Origin: Candidatus Aenigmatarchaeota archaeon
GTDB lineage: Archaea; Aenigmatarchaeota; Aenigmatarchaeia; QMZP01
Reading direction: 5' to 3'
Length of the DNA stretch: 64,000 bases
NCBI GenBank assembly: GCA_016198585.1
Contig: JACQII010000016.1
Location: 88,932-152,931, forward strand
The notes under the pieces were generated by a model. It did not search any database. It worked only from the letters and a program-made list of their open reading frames with translations, and was not told where the DNA came from. Made by a program: the position numbers and the translations under genes. Shown in pieces: positions 28,363 to 37,064 of this stretch. Position 1 is the stretch's first letter, and each line of letters opens with the position of its first letter.

Positions 28363-28482
28363 TTATTTCCCGCTGAGCTTTTTAACGTTGATCCCACGGC
28401 ACTGCGGGCACAGCCTCGTTGCGGGCTCCATGAAGAGCGGCTTCCCCTGCCAGCCGCAGCTCGTGCATTCGTAGCGGGCCAT
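28363..28482 (-). CDS. 39-aa zinc-ribbon protein
   Basis: Hand translation MARYECTSCGWQGKPLFMEPATRLCPQCRGINVKKLSGK; CxxC/CPxC; TATA tttaaaa ~25 nt upstream. Confidence 0.75.
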   Translation of the reverse strand: MARYECTSCGWQGKPLFMEPATRLCPQCRGINVKKLSGK

Positions 28483-28527
28483 GGATGGTCTTTGGCGCCG
28501 GCCTTTAAAAGGGTTACCGCTCGCGAT

Positions 28528-29847
28528 CTAGCCGGTCATCCCGAACTGGCGCGCGATGTTGGCGAGCGGCCCGCGCTTCAGGCCCTTCCCGCCCTTCGCG
28601 AGCTTGACGACCTGCTTCGCCTGCTTGTAGTACTTCAGCAGCTCGCGCACGTCGGCCTCGCTCGTCCCCGATCCCTTCGCGATCCGCACTATCCGCGAGG
28701 CCTTGATGAGGTCAGGGTCAGCGCGTTCGGCCGGGGTCATGGACTGGATGGTGAACTTCCACTTCTTCATCTTCCCTTCCTGGACGTCGAGCATGCCCTT
28801 CGGGATCTTCGCCTTGCTCAGTCCCGGGATCATGTCCACCATCTTCGACAGCGATCCCATCCCTTGCATGGACTGGAGCTGGTCAAAGAAGTCGTCCAGG
28901 GTGAACGACCCCTCCAGCAGGCGCTTGCCCACCTTGTCCGCGCCGGCCTCTTTCGCTTTCTCCAGCAGGCCTTGGAGGTCGCCGTAGCCGATCAGCCGGG
29001 AGACGAACCGCTGCGGGTCGTAGGCCTCCAGGTCCTCGGGGCGCTCGCCGACCCCGATGAACTTGACCTTGGCGCCGGTCGCGTTCGTCGCGGCCAGCGC
29101 GCCGCCGCCCTTGGCGGTTCCGTCGAGTTTGGTAATGACGACGCCGGTGATCCCCACGAGGCGGTTGAACTCCTCCGCCTGCTTGCGGGCCGCCTGGCCG
29201 ATGTCCGCGGGCAGCACGAGCAAAACCTCGTCCGGCTTGATCTCCTGGCCGAGGGTCTTGAGTTCCTTGGCGAGATCAGCATCGAGCGCGTCGCGGCCCG
29301 CCGAGTCGAAGATCAGCACGTCCTCCTTCATGGCGAGTCCTGTCTTCGCCACGGCCACGGCGTCGGTCCCCTCGGCCACGACCCGGGCCTCGACTTTCTT
29401 CCCGACCTGGCGCAGCTGCTCCTGCGCAGCCGGTCGGTGGACGTCGCAGCCTACCAGCCCGACCGACAGGCCGCGGGTCTTGAACCACTTGGCGAGCTTC
29501 CCCGAGAGCGTCGTCTTCCCGGACCCGAAGAGGCCGACCAGGAGGATGCGCTGCTTCCGCAGCTGGACCTCCCCGCGCTCCGCTCCCAGGAAGGCTACCA
29601 GCTCGTCGTACAGGACCTTCAGGAAATGCTCCTTGAGCGTCATCCCCGCCGGCGGCGGGCTGCCGAGGACCTGCTTCCTGATCCGGCTGGACAGGTCAGC
29701 CACTAGGGCGACGTCCGCGTCAGCCTGGAGGAGGCTCCGCTGGAGGTCGCGGACGACCGCGTCGACCGCCTCCTTGTCCACCACGCCGAGGCCGGCAATC
29801 CGGCGAAGGGCGTCTTTCAGGCCAGAGCCCAGGTTCTCGAGGACCAT
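28528..29847 (-). CDS. srp54: Signal recognition particle protein SRP54
   Basis: GLFGSGKTT, DSAGR, TKLDGTAKGGGAL, M-domain SMTPAER..SRIVRIAKGSG. Confidence 0.96.
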   Translation of the reverse strand: MVLENLGSGLKDALRRIAGLGVVDKEAVDAVVRDLQRSLLQADADVALVADLSSRIRKQVLGSPPPAGMTLKEHFLKVLYDELVAFLGAERGEVQLRKQRILLVGLFGSGKTTLSGKLAKWFKTRGLSVGLVGCDVHRPAAQEQLRQVGKKVEARVVAEGTDAVAVAKTGLAMKEDVLIFDSAGRDALDADLAKELKTLGQEIKPDEVLLVLPADIGQAARKQAEEFNRLVGITGVVITKLDGTAKGGGALAATNATGAKVKFIGVGERPEDLEAYDPQRFVSRLIGYGDLQGLLEKAKEAGADKVGKRLLEGSFTLDDFFDQLQSMQGMGSLSKMVDMIPGLSKAKIPKGMLDVQEGKMKKWKFTIQSMTPAERADPDLIKASRIVRIAKGSGTSEADVRELLKYYKQAKQVVKLAKGGKGLKRGPLANIARQFGMTG

Positions 29848-29953
29848 ACCTACACTTTCCCTCCCCTCTTAAGAAGGCTTCCGGGCCCCCTAGAGGCCGA
29901 TCACCGCCTTGGCGATCCTTATTAAAGCTTCCTCCTCATCAATGAATGAAACA

Positions 29954-30937
29954 ATGGCAAACACCGCACTCATCATCGGCATTGTTGTGGTCATGGTGAT
30001 CGTCGCAGCGGTCGCCATGTACACCGGCATCCTCTCCCCGGCGGGAGAATCCTACGCAGCGGCAATCAAGAAGAACACGACCCACCTCGAGTGCGTGAGC
30101 AACACGTGCACGAAAGTCAGCGGCGCGGGGACGAACAAGTGCTCGCCCCTCGGCTCGGCGTGCGGCAATCAGACACACCTGGAGTGCATCAGCAACACGT
30201 GCACCGCTGTCAGCGGCCCGGGAACCAACCAGTGCTCGCCTGCTGGAGCGGCATGCGGCAAACCCGATCTTACCATTCCCGACGTTATCTATTTCGTGAA
30301 GGACTTCGATGGAAAGAATGCTACCATCCTATTATCTGCAACCGTCAAAAACATCGGTGACGCACAGACGGGAACGCCATGGACCATCGCCACGTTTGCT
30401 CTGTCGGCTGGAGGGTCAACGAAATTGTACAACGGAACGGCCTTTGGCAGCCTTCTTCCTGGCATGAATACCAGCGCGTCGGTGATCGCTACGATTGCTG
30501 CCAGCACGACATATATTGTGATTGTTACGGCGGATAGCGCCAATGCCATCGCAGAGTCCAACGAGTCAAACAATCAGAAATCGATCATGTTTATCATAAA
30601 TAATTCCACGCTCCCCGACTTGACCGTTACGAACCTTATCTACAATGCGACTCCGTCGAATTCGACATCAAACGCAGCGCTTTCAGCGACAGTCAAGAAC
30701 ATCGGGCAAGCAGGAGCGTGGTCGTCAGGTTATGAAAACATGAAATTCCTTGTATCTCCAAACAATCTCTACTTCACCTCTACCCCTATCATTCCTGCGG
30801 GAGGGGAATTCACAATCAATGCGTACTATAATCTCACTCCAGGAGTGTACAACGCCACCGCTACTGTCGACTACCAGAAAAAGGTGAATGAAACAAACGA
30901 CGCTAACAACGAGCTTACGGTTACTTTCGTCGTCTAG
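29954..30937 (+). CDS. Membrane-anchored surface protein with two Cys-rich repeats and two CARDB-like domains
   Basis: N-terminal TM; 2x PDLT..ATVKNIG..D..E[ST]N[ED]xNN; many N-x-S/T sequons. Confidence 0.85.
   Translation: MANTALIIGIVVVMVIVAAVAMYTGILSPAGESYAAAIKKNTTHLECVSNTCTKVSGAGTNKCSPLGSACGNQTHLECISNTCTAVSGPGTNQCSPAGAACGKPDLTIPDVIYFVKDFDGKNATILLSATVKNIGDAQTGTPWTIATFALSAGGSTKLYNGTAFGSLLPGMNTSASVIATIAASTTYIVIVTADSANAIAESNESNNQKSIMFIINNSTLPDLTVTNLIYNATPSNSTSNAALSATVKNIGQAGAWSSGYENMKFLVSPNNLYFTSTPIIPAGGEFTINAYYNLTPGVYNATATVDYQKKVNETNDANNELTVTFVV
30080..30265 (+). repeat. Tandem 93-bp (31-aa) intragenic repeat THLECxSNTCTxVSGxGTNxCSPxGxACG
   Basis: Two near-identical units visible in DNA and protein. 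Confidence 0.85.
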
Positions 30938-30974
30938 CTCTTTGACTCATGGCGCGTTCGACGACAATATTCTT

Positions 30975-31730
30975 CTATTCCTGCAGCGTGAACGCGCCTT
31001 CGCCACCGGCCTTCTCGATGGCCTTGACCAGTGAAGCTGCTTCTTCCTCGATCGCGGCCCGGAGCTTCTTGACGTCGTTGCCCGTCGCCACGAGACGGTA
31101 GGTCGGGGCTGAGATGTACGAGACCTGGAAGCCGCGCTTCTCCACGCCGGCGAGCAGGGACTTGATGACCGCGATCCCGTCGGGCTGGTAGCACCGCAGT
31201 TCCAGGTCGCCCTTCAGGACATAGGTCTTCCCGCCAAAGCGCTTCTGGACGACCTCGGTGATCGCCTTCGCCCAGGCCGGGGGGACGCCCTTCGTCTTCA
31301 GGAGGTCGGGATTCTTGACCGCCAGGTCGAAGGCCTTGGTGAGCGACCCGAACTCCTCCTGTAACAGGAAGCCGACCTCCTGGTAGGCCTGCTCGAGGGA
31401 CTTCTTCATCGTCTTGGCGATTTGCTCGAGGATGTTCTCGGCCTTGCGCTCCCGCTTGAACTCGTTCATGGCCTTGCTGGTGTCCTCGTGGCGGACCCGC
31501 TTCATGGAGACCGAGATCGTCTCGCCCTCGACCCGGACGACCCTGCACACGACGTACTGGTTCTCCTTGAGGAACTCACGGATGTCGCGGACCCAGCGCG
31601 ACGCCACTTCAGAGACGTGCATCATCCCCGGCCGGTTGTACTCCAGCAGCTGGACCGTGGCCGAGTTGGGGAAGAGCTTGATGACTCTGCACACGACCAG
31701 CTCGTCCCGTTCCGGAAGACCGCGTTTCAT
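30975..31730 (-). CDS. eif2a: Translation initiation factor aIF2 alpha
   Basis: PERDELVV, S1 domain HVSEVASRWVRDIR, ISAPTYR. Confidence 0.93.
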   Translation of the reverse strand: MKRGLPERDELVVCRVIKLFPNSATVQLLEYNRPGMMHVSEVASRWVRDIREFLKENQYVVCRVVRVEGETISVSMKRVRHEDTSKAMNEFKRERKAENILEQIAKTMKKSLEQAYQEVGFLLQEEFGSLTKAFDLAVKNPDLLKTKGVPPAWAKAITEVVQKRFGGKTYVLKGDLELRCYQPDGIAVIKSLLAGVEKRGFQVSYISAPTYRLVATGNDVKKLRAAIEEEAASLVKAIEKAGGEGAFTLQE

Positions 31731-31732
31731 AG

Positions 31733-31900
31733 CTATTTCGCCGTGCCGATGACCTTGCCCTTGGCCTCACCTTTGCCGCCGCGCGGCACCATGAGGACCT
31801 CGTGGCAGACCAGGCAGGTGACGGCCTGGGCAGGCTTCTCGAAGACGGTCTGTTCGTTCTTGCACTTCTCGCACTTCACGGTCACGAATTTTCCTGGCAT
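31733..31900 (-). CDS. rps27e: Ribosomal protein S27e
   Basis: Hand translation MPGKFVTVKCEKCKNEQTVFEKPAQAVTCLVCHEVLMVPRGGKG...; conserved position before aIF2alpha. Confidence 0.92.
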   Translation of the reverse strand: MPGKFVTVKCEKCKNEQTVFEKPAQAVTCLVCHEVLMVPRGGKGEAKGKVIGTAK

Positions 31901-31904
31901 AGCA

Positions 31905-32201
31905 TCACGTCTTGAACCTCTTGAGCTCTTTCGGAGTGCGCGCCGGCGCGGACAGGGCCGCCTCGGCCATCTGCGTCAGCTGCACGGCCATCGTCCGCTC
32001 GGTGACGTACTTCCCGCTCTCGTCGTTCATCCACGAGCCATTCCCGTTGTAGCGGAACTGGACTTCTCTCGGCGGATTGGTATCGAGGGGGTAGCGGATC
32101 ACATGACCGAGGGGAATCTGGGAAGAGGCCGCCTCGCGGAAGCCGTAGACACGGGAGGCGACATCGTGGAACTTCATGCCTTCATCGTCACTCCTGGGCA
32201 T
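31905..32201 (-). CDS. Hypothetical protein inserted between L44e and S27e
   Basis: 98-aa ORF fills the gap with 4-nt spacers on both sides. Confidence 0.65.
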   Translation of the reverse strand: MPRSDDEGMKFHDVASRVYGFREAASSQIPLGHVIRYPLDTNPPREVQFRYNGNGSWMNDESGKYVTERTMAVQLTQMAEAALSAPARTPKELKRFKT

Positions 32202-32205
32202 CCGC

Positions 32206-32499
32206 TCACCCCGCCACCAGTTCGAACTTCTTCACGCGGAACCCGACCTTGGTGTGCATCTTCTTGCACACCTTGCACTGCAGGCGCAGGTCGAGCTTCT
32301 GGGTGGGCTTCTTGCTCACCGCAGGCTTGGAATACTTCCCATGGCCGCCGTGGCCCCGCTTGTGGCGGTCCTTGGCCCGGTTGGCCTTCGAGTTCGGGTG
32401 GGCCGACCCGCGGGACCGCTGCTTCACGACCTTGACCGTGTGCACGGTATGCTTGCGGCAGGTCGGACACAGGGTGTTGATGGTTTTCGGAAACTTCAT
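32206..32499 (-). CDS. rpl44e: Ribosomal protein L44e
   Basis: MKFPKTINTLCPTCRKHTVH...KPTQKLDLRLQCKVCKK. Confidence 0.93.
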   Translation of the reverse strand: MKFPKTINTLCPTCRKHTVHTVKVVKQRSRGSAHPNSKANRAKDRHKRGHGGHGKYSKPAVSKKPTQKLDLRLQCKVCKKMHTKVGFRVKKFELVAG

Positions 32500-32641
32500 A
32501 CGCCCACTATGAGCATGAGGCTTTTTAAAGCATCGCAAGCCTGCAGGCGGCTCATGCGGAAGACGGCGGCAAAGAGGAAAAGCGGCCGCCTCACGCCAGC
32601 AACCTTTATAAGGAACCGGGCCAATAAGATGCAGATATCTC

Positions 32642-33154
32642 ATGAAGGCTGCGCATGTCGTCATCGGCATCGTGATGTTCATCCTTTTCTGGGCTTACCA
32701 AGCAGGCTACGCAGCCTCGCTGGGACCGGCTGCATGGTTCGTGGCCGCACTGGTGTTTTCAGTCCTGCTCATGGCCATGGGGAAAACCTCCATGGAGAAG
32801 CCCCAGCCCGACATCAAGTCAGCCTGGCAGTTCTCCATTGCCTTCGTCCTGATCTCTACGCTGATCATCTCCTTCGCTGGTCAGTCCCTCGGGGCGGTCG
32901 TGCCTGCGGATCCCTCCGCATGGACACCGATGCTCCTGAGCTTCTGGCTCGTCGTCTTCGGCGGCGCCATGCTCGTGACCGGTTGGAAAATCGACTCGCC
33001 GCTCACCACCCTGGTGGGCATCATCTGGCTCTTCTCGGCGCTGCACTTCGTCACTGCGGTCGGCACCGGAGCGAACTCGTACCTGCACTTCGGCCTGGTG
33101 ACCGGCCTGACCACCATCCTCGCCGGCCTGTTCGGAAAAGCCCCGAAGGCGTAA
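32642..33154 (+). CDS. Multi-pass membrane protein
   Basis: About 6 hydrophobic segments; TATA tttata at ~32605. Confidence 0.75.
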   Translation: MKAAHVVIGIVMFILFWAYQAGYAASLGPAAWFVAALVFSVLLMAMGKTSMEKPQPDIKSAWQFSIAFVLISTLIISFAGQSLGAVVPADPSAWTPMLLSFWLVVFGGAMLVTGWKIDSPLTTLVGIIWLFSALHFVTAVGTGANSYLHFGLVTGLTTILAGLFGKAPKA

Positions 33155-33203
33155 CTCGTTCTTGTCCATCCACAGGTAGGTAAGGGGAGCCGCTGTCTCC
33201 GGT

Positions 33204-33998
33204 TTAGCGGCTTCCCGCAAGGGCGATCTTCCTGCCTCGCCGTTCCACTAACCCGTCCCGCTCCAGACCGACAAGCACCTGATCCAGCCGCGGGTCGGTG
33301 AGCGCGCGTTCAATGCTGGGGATGGTCTGCGGGCCGGCGAGGAGCAGCCGCAGCAGCCGCCCCCGCAATTGCCGGTCAGACCCTTCAAATCGGGATTGCC
33401 TGGTCAGCGGCCGGATCCCGGTCTGCCGCGCGGTCAGGACAGCCGCGCCGTAGTCCATGAGGGCGTTGTGCCAGTCCCGACTGCGCCCCCGTGGGAGGCA
33501 GCGCTCGGCAAGCGCAATCAGCTCATGGTCAGGGACGCTCTCGGGGAGGGCGAACTCGTGAATCAAGATCCGCCGGATATTCGTATCGACCGTGACGATG
33601 TCGGCATTTGCCGCGAATATCTGGACAGCCCGGAAAGTGTACGGCCCGATGCCCGGCAGCTTCTGCTCCCGGACCGACCGCAGCACGTCCCCTCCCCCGG
33701 CGGCGATGGCCTGGGCTGCTCGGTGGAGGAACACGGCGCGCCGGTTGTAGCCGAGGCCTGACCAGGTTGCCAGGACGTCGGCGAGCCTCGCCCTCGCTAG
33801 CGCCTGGACCGTCGGCCAGCGGCTGATCCACGCCCGGTAGTAGGGGATGACCCGGTCGGCCTGGGTCTGCTGGAGCATGACCTCAGAGACGAGGATCGCG
33901 TACGGATCGGTCGTCGCGCGCCAGGGCAGCAGCCGCCGGTGGCGCTCGTCATGCGCCAGCACCTTGCGCTGGAAGGCGCGGACGCGAGCCGGATCCAT
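33204..33998 (-). CDS. mutY: A/G-specific adenine glycosylase (short form without the Fe-S motif)
   Basis: LPWR, SEVMLQQT, WSGLGYNRRA, LPGIGPYT, VDTNIRR, LMDYG; no Cys4 cluster motif. Confidence 0.9.
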   Translation of the reverse strand: MDPARVRAFQRKVLAHDERHRRLLPWRATTDPYAILVSEVMLQQTQADRVIPYYRAWISRWPTVQALARARLADVLATWSGLGYNRRAVFLHRAAQAIAAGGGDVLRSVREQKLPGIGPYTFRAVQIFAANADIVTVDTNIRRILIHEFALPESVPDHELIALAERCLPRGRSRDWHNALMDYGAAVLTARQTGIRPLTRQSRFEGSDRQLRGRLLRLLLAGPQTIPSIERALTDPRLDQVLVGLERDGLVERRGRKIALAGSR

Positions 33999-34081
33999 GC
34001 CAGATGAAAGGAGACAGAACATAAAAGGCTGCTCCCTCATCCGCGCCGCAGGGATTTAACCCGCGAGACCCAATACAGGAT

Positions 34082-35056
34082 ATGCACACCATCGCCGTGC
34101 TGCCAGGCGACGGCATCGGCCCCGAGGTCACTGCCGCGGCAGTCCAGGTCCTGGCTGCGGCGCAGCGCGGTTTCACGCTCGAGTTAGTCTTCGCCGACGC
34201 GGGCGCGGGCGCAATCGAGAAGCACGGCACCAATCTCCCCGCCGCCACCCAACGCATCCTCAAGCGTGCTGATGCGTGTCTCAAAGGGCCCATGACGACG
34301 CTCGAAACCCCAGGTGCGCCGGTCTCCGCGGCCGTCCGGATCCGCAGGATGTTCGACCTCTATGCCAATGTCCGCCCGTGCCGGGGAAATGGGGTGGACC
34401 TGGTCATCGTGCGCGAGAACACCGAAGGCCTCTACGCCGGCCGCGAGCGACCAGTTCCGGGAGGCGCGGTCGCGGAGCGGCTCGTCACGTCGCGGGCGTC
34501 GCGCCGGATTGCCGCCCACGCCCTCGCCCTGGCCAACCGGCGGAGGAAGAAACTTACTTATGTCCACAAGGCAAATATCCTTCGGATGACTGACGGGGTC
34601 TTTGTCCGGGCTGTCCTGTCCCAGGCGAAGCGGTATCCGCGCGTTGCCGTGGAAGGGATGCATGTGGATGCGGCGGCGATGCAGCTGGTGAAAGCGCCGC
34701 ACCAATTCGACGTGCTCGTGACGACGAACCTCTTCGGGGATATTCTTTCTGACGAGGCCGCCCAGGTCGCTGGAGGGGTTGGACTCGCGCCTTCCGCGAA
34801 CATCGGCGACCGGTATGGGATGTTCGAGCCTGTCCATGGGTCTGCTCCCAAATATGCCGGGAAGGGGATCGCCAATCCCGTGGGCATGATCCGCGCGGCT
34901 GCGCTGATGCTCGACTTCCTTGGCGAGGCCCGCGCAGCGGCGCGCATCGAGCGGGCCGTCCAGGTCGCTCTCGCCAGCGGCAAGGCACGCACGCGCGACC
35001 TCGGAGGACGCGCGTCGACTCAACAGGCCGGCAAGGCCATCGCTGAGGTCCTATGA
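34082..35056 (+). CDS. Isocitrate/isopropylmalate dehydrogenase family; IDH by context
   Basis: PGDGIGPEV, KGPMTT, DLYANVRP, RENTEGLY, HKANIL, NLFGDILSD, EPVHGSAP. Confidence 0.88.
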   Translation: MHTIAVLPGDGIGPEVTAAAVQVLAAAQRGFTLELVFADAGAGAIEKHGTNLPAATQRILKRADACLKGPMTTLETPGAPVSAAVRIRRMFDLYANVRPCRGNGVDLVIVRENTEGLYAGRERPVPGGAVAERLVTSRASRRIAAHALALANRRRKKLTYVHKANILRMTDGVFVRAVLSQAKRYPRVAVEGMHVDAAAMQLVKAPHQFDVLVTTNLFGDILSDEAAQVAGGVGLAPSANIGDRYGMFEPVHGSAPKYAGKGIANPVGMIRAAALMLDFLGEARAAARIERAVQVALASGKARTRDLGGRASTQQAGKAIAEVL

Positions 35057-36168
35057 TCGCCAAAGGTCTTGAAGGGGTCGTGATCGCGGACTCTGCCATT
35101 TCCCTGGTGGACGGGAAGAACGGCCGTCTCCTGTACCGCGGCTATGCCATCGGGGACCTTGCGCGCTTCTCGACGTACGAAGAGACTGCCTACCTGCTGT
35201 TGTTCGGTTCCCTCCCTTCGCGTGCGCAGCTGGCCTCCTTTTCCCGGGTCCTGCGACGCTCCCGGAGACTTTCCAAGCCGCTGCTCGAGGTCCTGGCCGG
35301 TCCCTGCAGGCACCTGTTGCCAATCGACGCGCTGCGGACCGCGGTTTCCCTTTTGGTGCAGGACGATCCGTGCCCAGGAGACCGCTCACTGGAAGCGGTT
35401 CTGGAACGGGGCATCCGCCTGATCGCGCTCTTTCCCTCCATCGCCGCGACCCACTATCGGCTCAGCCAGGGCCAGAAGCCCATCGCCCCGGACGCCACGC
35501 TCGGCCATGCGGCCAACTTCCTGTGGATGCTGACCGGCAAGAAGCCCCCTGCCGAGGAGGCCAGGCTCGTGGACCTCGACCTCATCCTCCACGCAGAGCA
35601 CAGCCTGAATGCCTCCACGTTCGCTGCCCGGGTGACGGCCTCCACGCTCTCTGACCTCTATGCGGCGGTCACCACCGCCGTGGGCACATTGAAAGGCCCA
35701 CTCCACGGGGGCGCGGCCTCTGCTGTGGTCGCCATGCTCGACCAGATCGGCAGCGAGAGCCGCGTGCGCGCCTACATCCAAGAAACGGTCAGGACCCACG
35801 GCCGGGTCATGGGTTTTGGCCACCGCGAGTACAAGGTCCTCGACCCGCGCGTGCCGGTCATGCGCGACGTCGCCAGCCGGCTCGAGAAGGGCCGCCGCTA
35901 CTACGAGATCTTGCGCGCCCTGGAACGGGAGATGGCCCCGCTGGGGAAGAAGGGGATCTTCCCGAATGTAGACCTCTATTCCGGAACGGTGTACCACAGC
36001 CTCTCCATCCCTCAGCCGCTGTTCGACCCGCTCTTCGCCCTCGGCCGGATCGCAGGCTGGGTGGCCCACGTGCATGAGCAGCTCGCCGACAACCGCCTCA
36101 TCCGGCCCCGGTCAGCCTACACCGGTCCGAAAGCCCGGCGGTACGTGCCGCTGGAGGAGCGCCCATGA
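35053..36168 (+). CDS. gltA: Citrate synthase (citrate/2-methylcitrate synthase family)
   Basis: KGLEGV, HAEHSLNASTF, GPLHGGA, MGFGHR, PNVD, RLIRP. Confidence 0.92.
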   Translation: MIAKGLEGVVIADSAISLVDGKNGRLLYRGYAIGDLARFSTYEETAYLLLFGSLPSRAQLASFSRVLRRSRRLSKPLLEVLAGPCRHLLPIDALRTAVSLLVQDDPCPGDRSLEAVLERGIRLIALFPSIAATHYRLSQGQKPIAPDATLGHAANFLWMLTGKKPPAEEARLVDLDLILHAEHSLNASTFAARVTASTLSDLYAAVTTAVGTLKGPLHGGAASAVVAMLDQIGSESRVRAYIQETVRTHGRVMGFGHREYKVLDPRVPVMRDVASRLEKGRRYYEILRALEREMAPLGKKGIFPNVDLYSGTVYHSLSIPQPLFDPLFALGRIAGWVAHVHEQLADNRLIRPRSAYTGPKARRYVPLEERP

Positions 36169-37064
36169 AGATCACCGTCGTCGGCGCAGGGAAAGTCGGC
36201 TCGACCGTGACCCAGCTCCTGGCGATGGCAGCCCTCGGAGAGGTCGTCCTGGTCAACCGGACCGCGGAAAAAGCCCAGGGCATCGCGCTCGATCTCCAGG
36301 AATCCGGCGTCGACGTCCAGGTCACGGGGACCGGTCGCTACCAGCAGACCGCCGGATCGGACCTGATGATCATCACCGCCGGCCTTCCCCGCAAGGAGGG
36401 GATGAGCCGGGATGAGCTGCTCCGCGCGAATGCGGGCATCGTGACCGACGCCGCCAAGCAGCTGGCTCGTCACTCACCGGACGCGGTCATGATCGTGGTC
36501 ACCAATCCCCTCGATGTGATGGCCGCCGCGGCCTGGAAGGCCAGCCACTTCCCTCCCAAGCGCGTGGTTGGCATGGCGGGCGCCTTGGATTCATCCCGGT
36601 TCCGGTCGTTCATCGCCCAGGAGCTCGGGGTCTCAGTCCGGGACGTGCAGGCGCTCGTCCTGGGAAGCCATGGCGACCTCATGGTCCCCCTCCCCCGGCT
36701 CACCACGGTCCGGGGCATCCCGCTCCCTGACCTGCTCCCGGCGAAGAAGATCGCGCAGCTCGTACAGCGCACGGTCGATGCGGGCGCGGAGATCATTGCG
36801 CTGGAGAAAGATTCCGCATTCTACGCACCTGCAGCTGCGGTCGTCGAGATGGTCGAAGCCATACTCCTGGACCGGAAGCGGATCGTGCCGTGCTCGACCC
36901 TGCTTCGCGGCGAGTTCGGGATCAAGGGCGTCTTCCTGGGTGTGCCGGTCGTTCTGGGTCATGGCGGAGTGGAACGCATCGTCGACCCGGGCTTGACCGT
37001 CGGCGAGAAGCGGGAGCTCCAGGCCGCAGGTCGGAAGGTTGCGGCCATGGCGAAGGGGGTCTGA
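36165..37064 (+). CDS. mdh: Malate dehydrogenase (LDH-like)
   Basis: GAGKVG, TAGLPRKEGMSRDEL, VTNPLD, LDSSRF, GSHGD. Confidence 0.93.
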   Translation: MKITVVGAGKVGSTVTQLLAMAALGEVVLVNRTAEKAQGIALDLQESGVDVQVTGTGRYQQTAGSDLMIITAGLPRKEGMSRDELLRANAGIVTDAAKQLARHSPDAVMIVVTNPLDVMAAAAWKASHFPPKRVVGMAGALDSSRFRSFIAQELGVSVRDVQALVLGSHGDLMVPLPRLTTVRGIPLPDLLPAKKIAQLVQRTVDAGAEIIALEKDSAFYAPAAAVVEMVEAILLDRKRIVPCSTLLRGEFGIKGVFLGVPVVLGHGGVERIVDPGLTVGEKRELQAAGRKVAAMAKGV

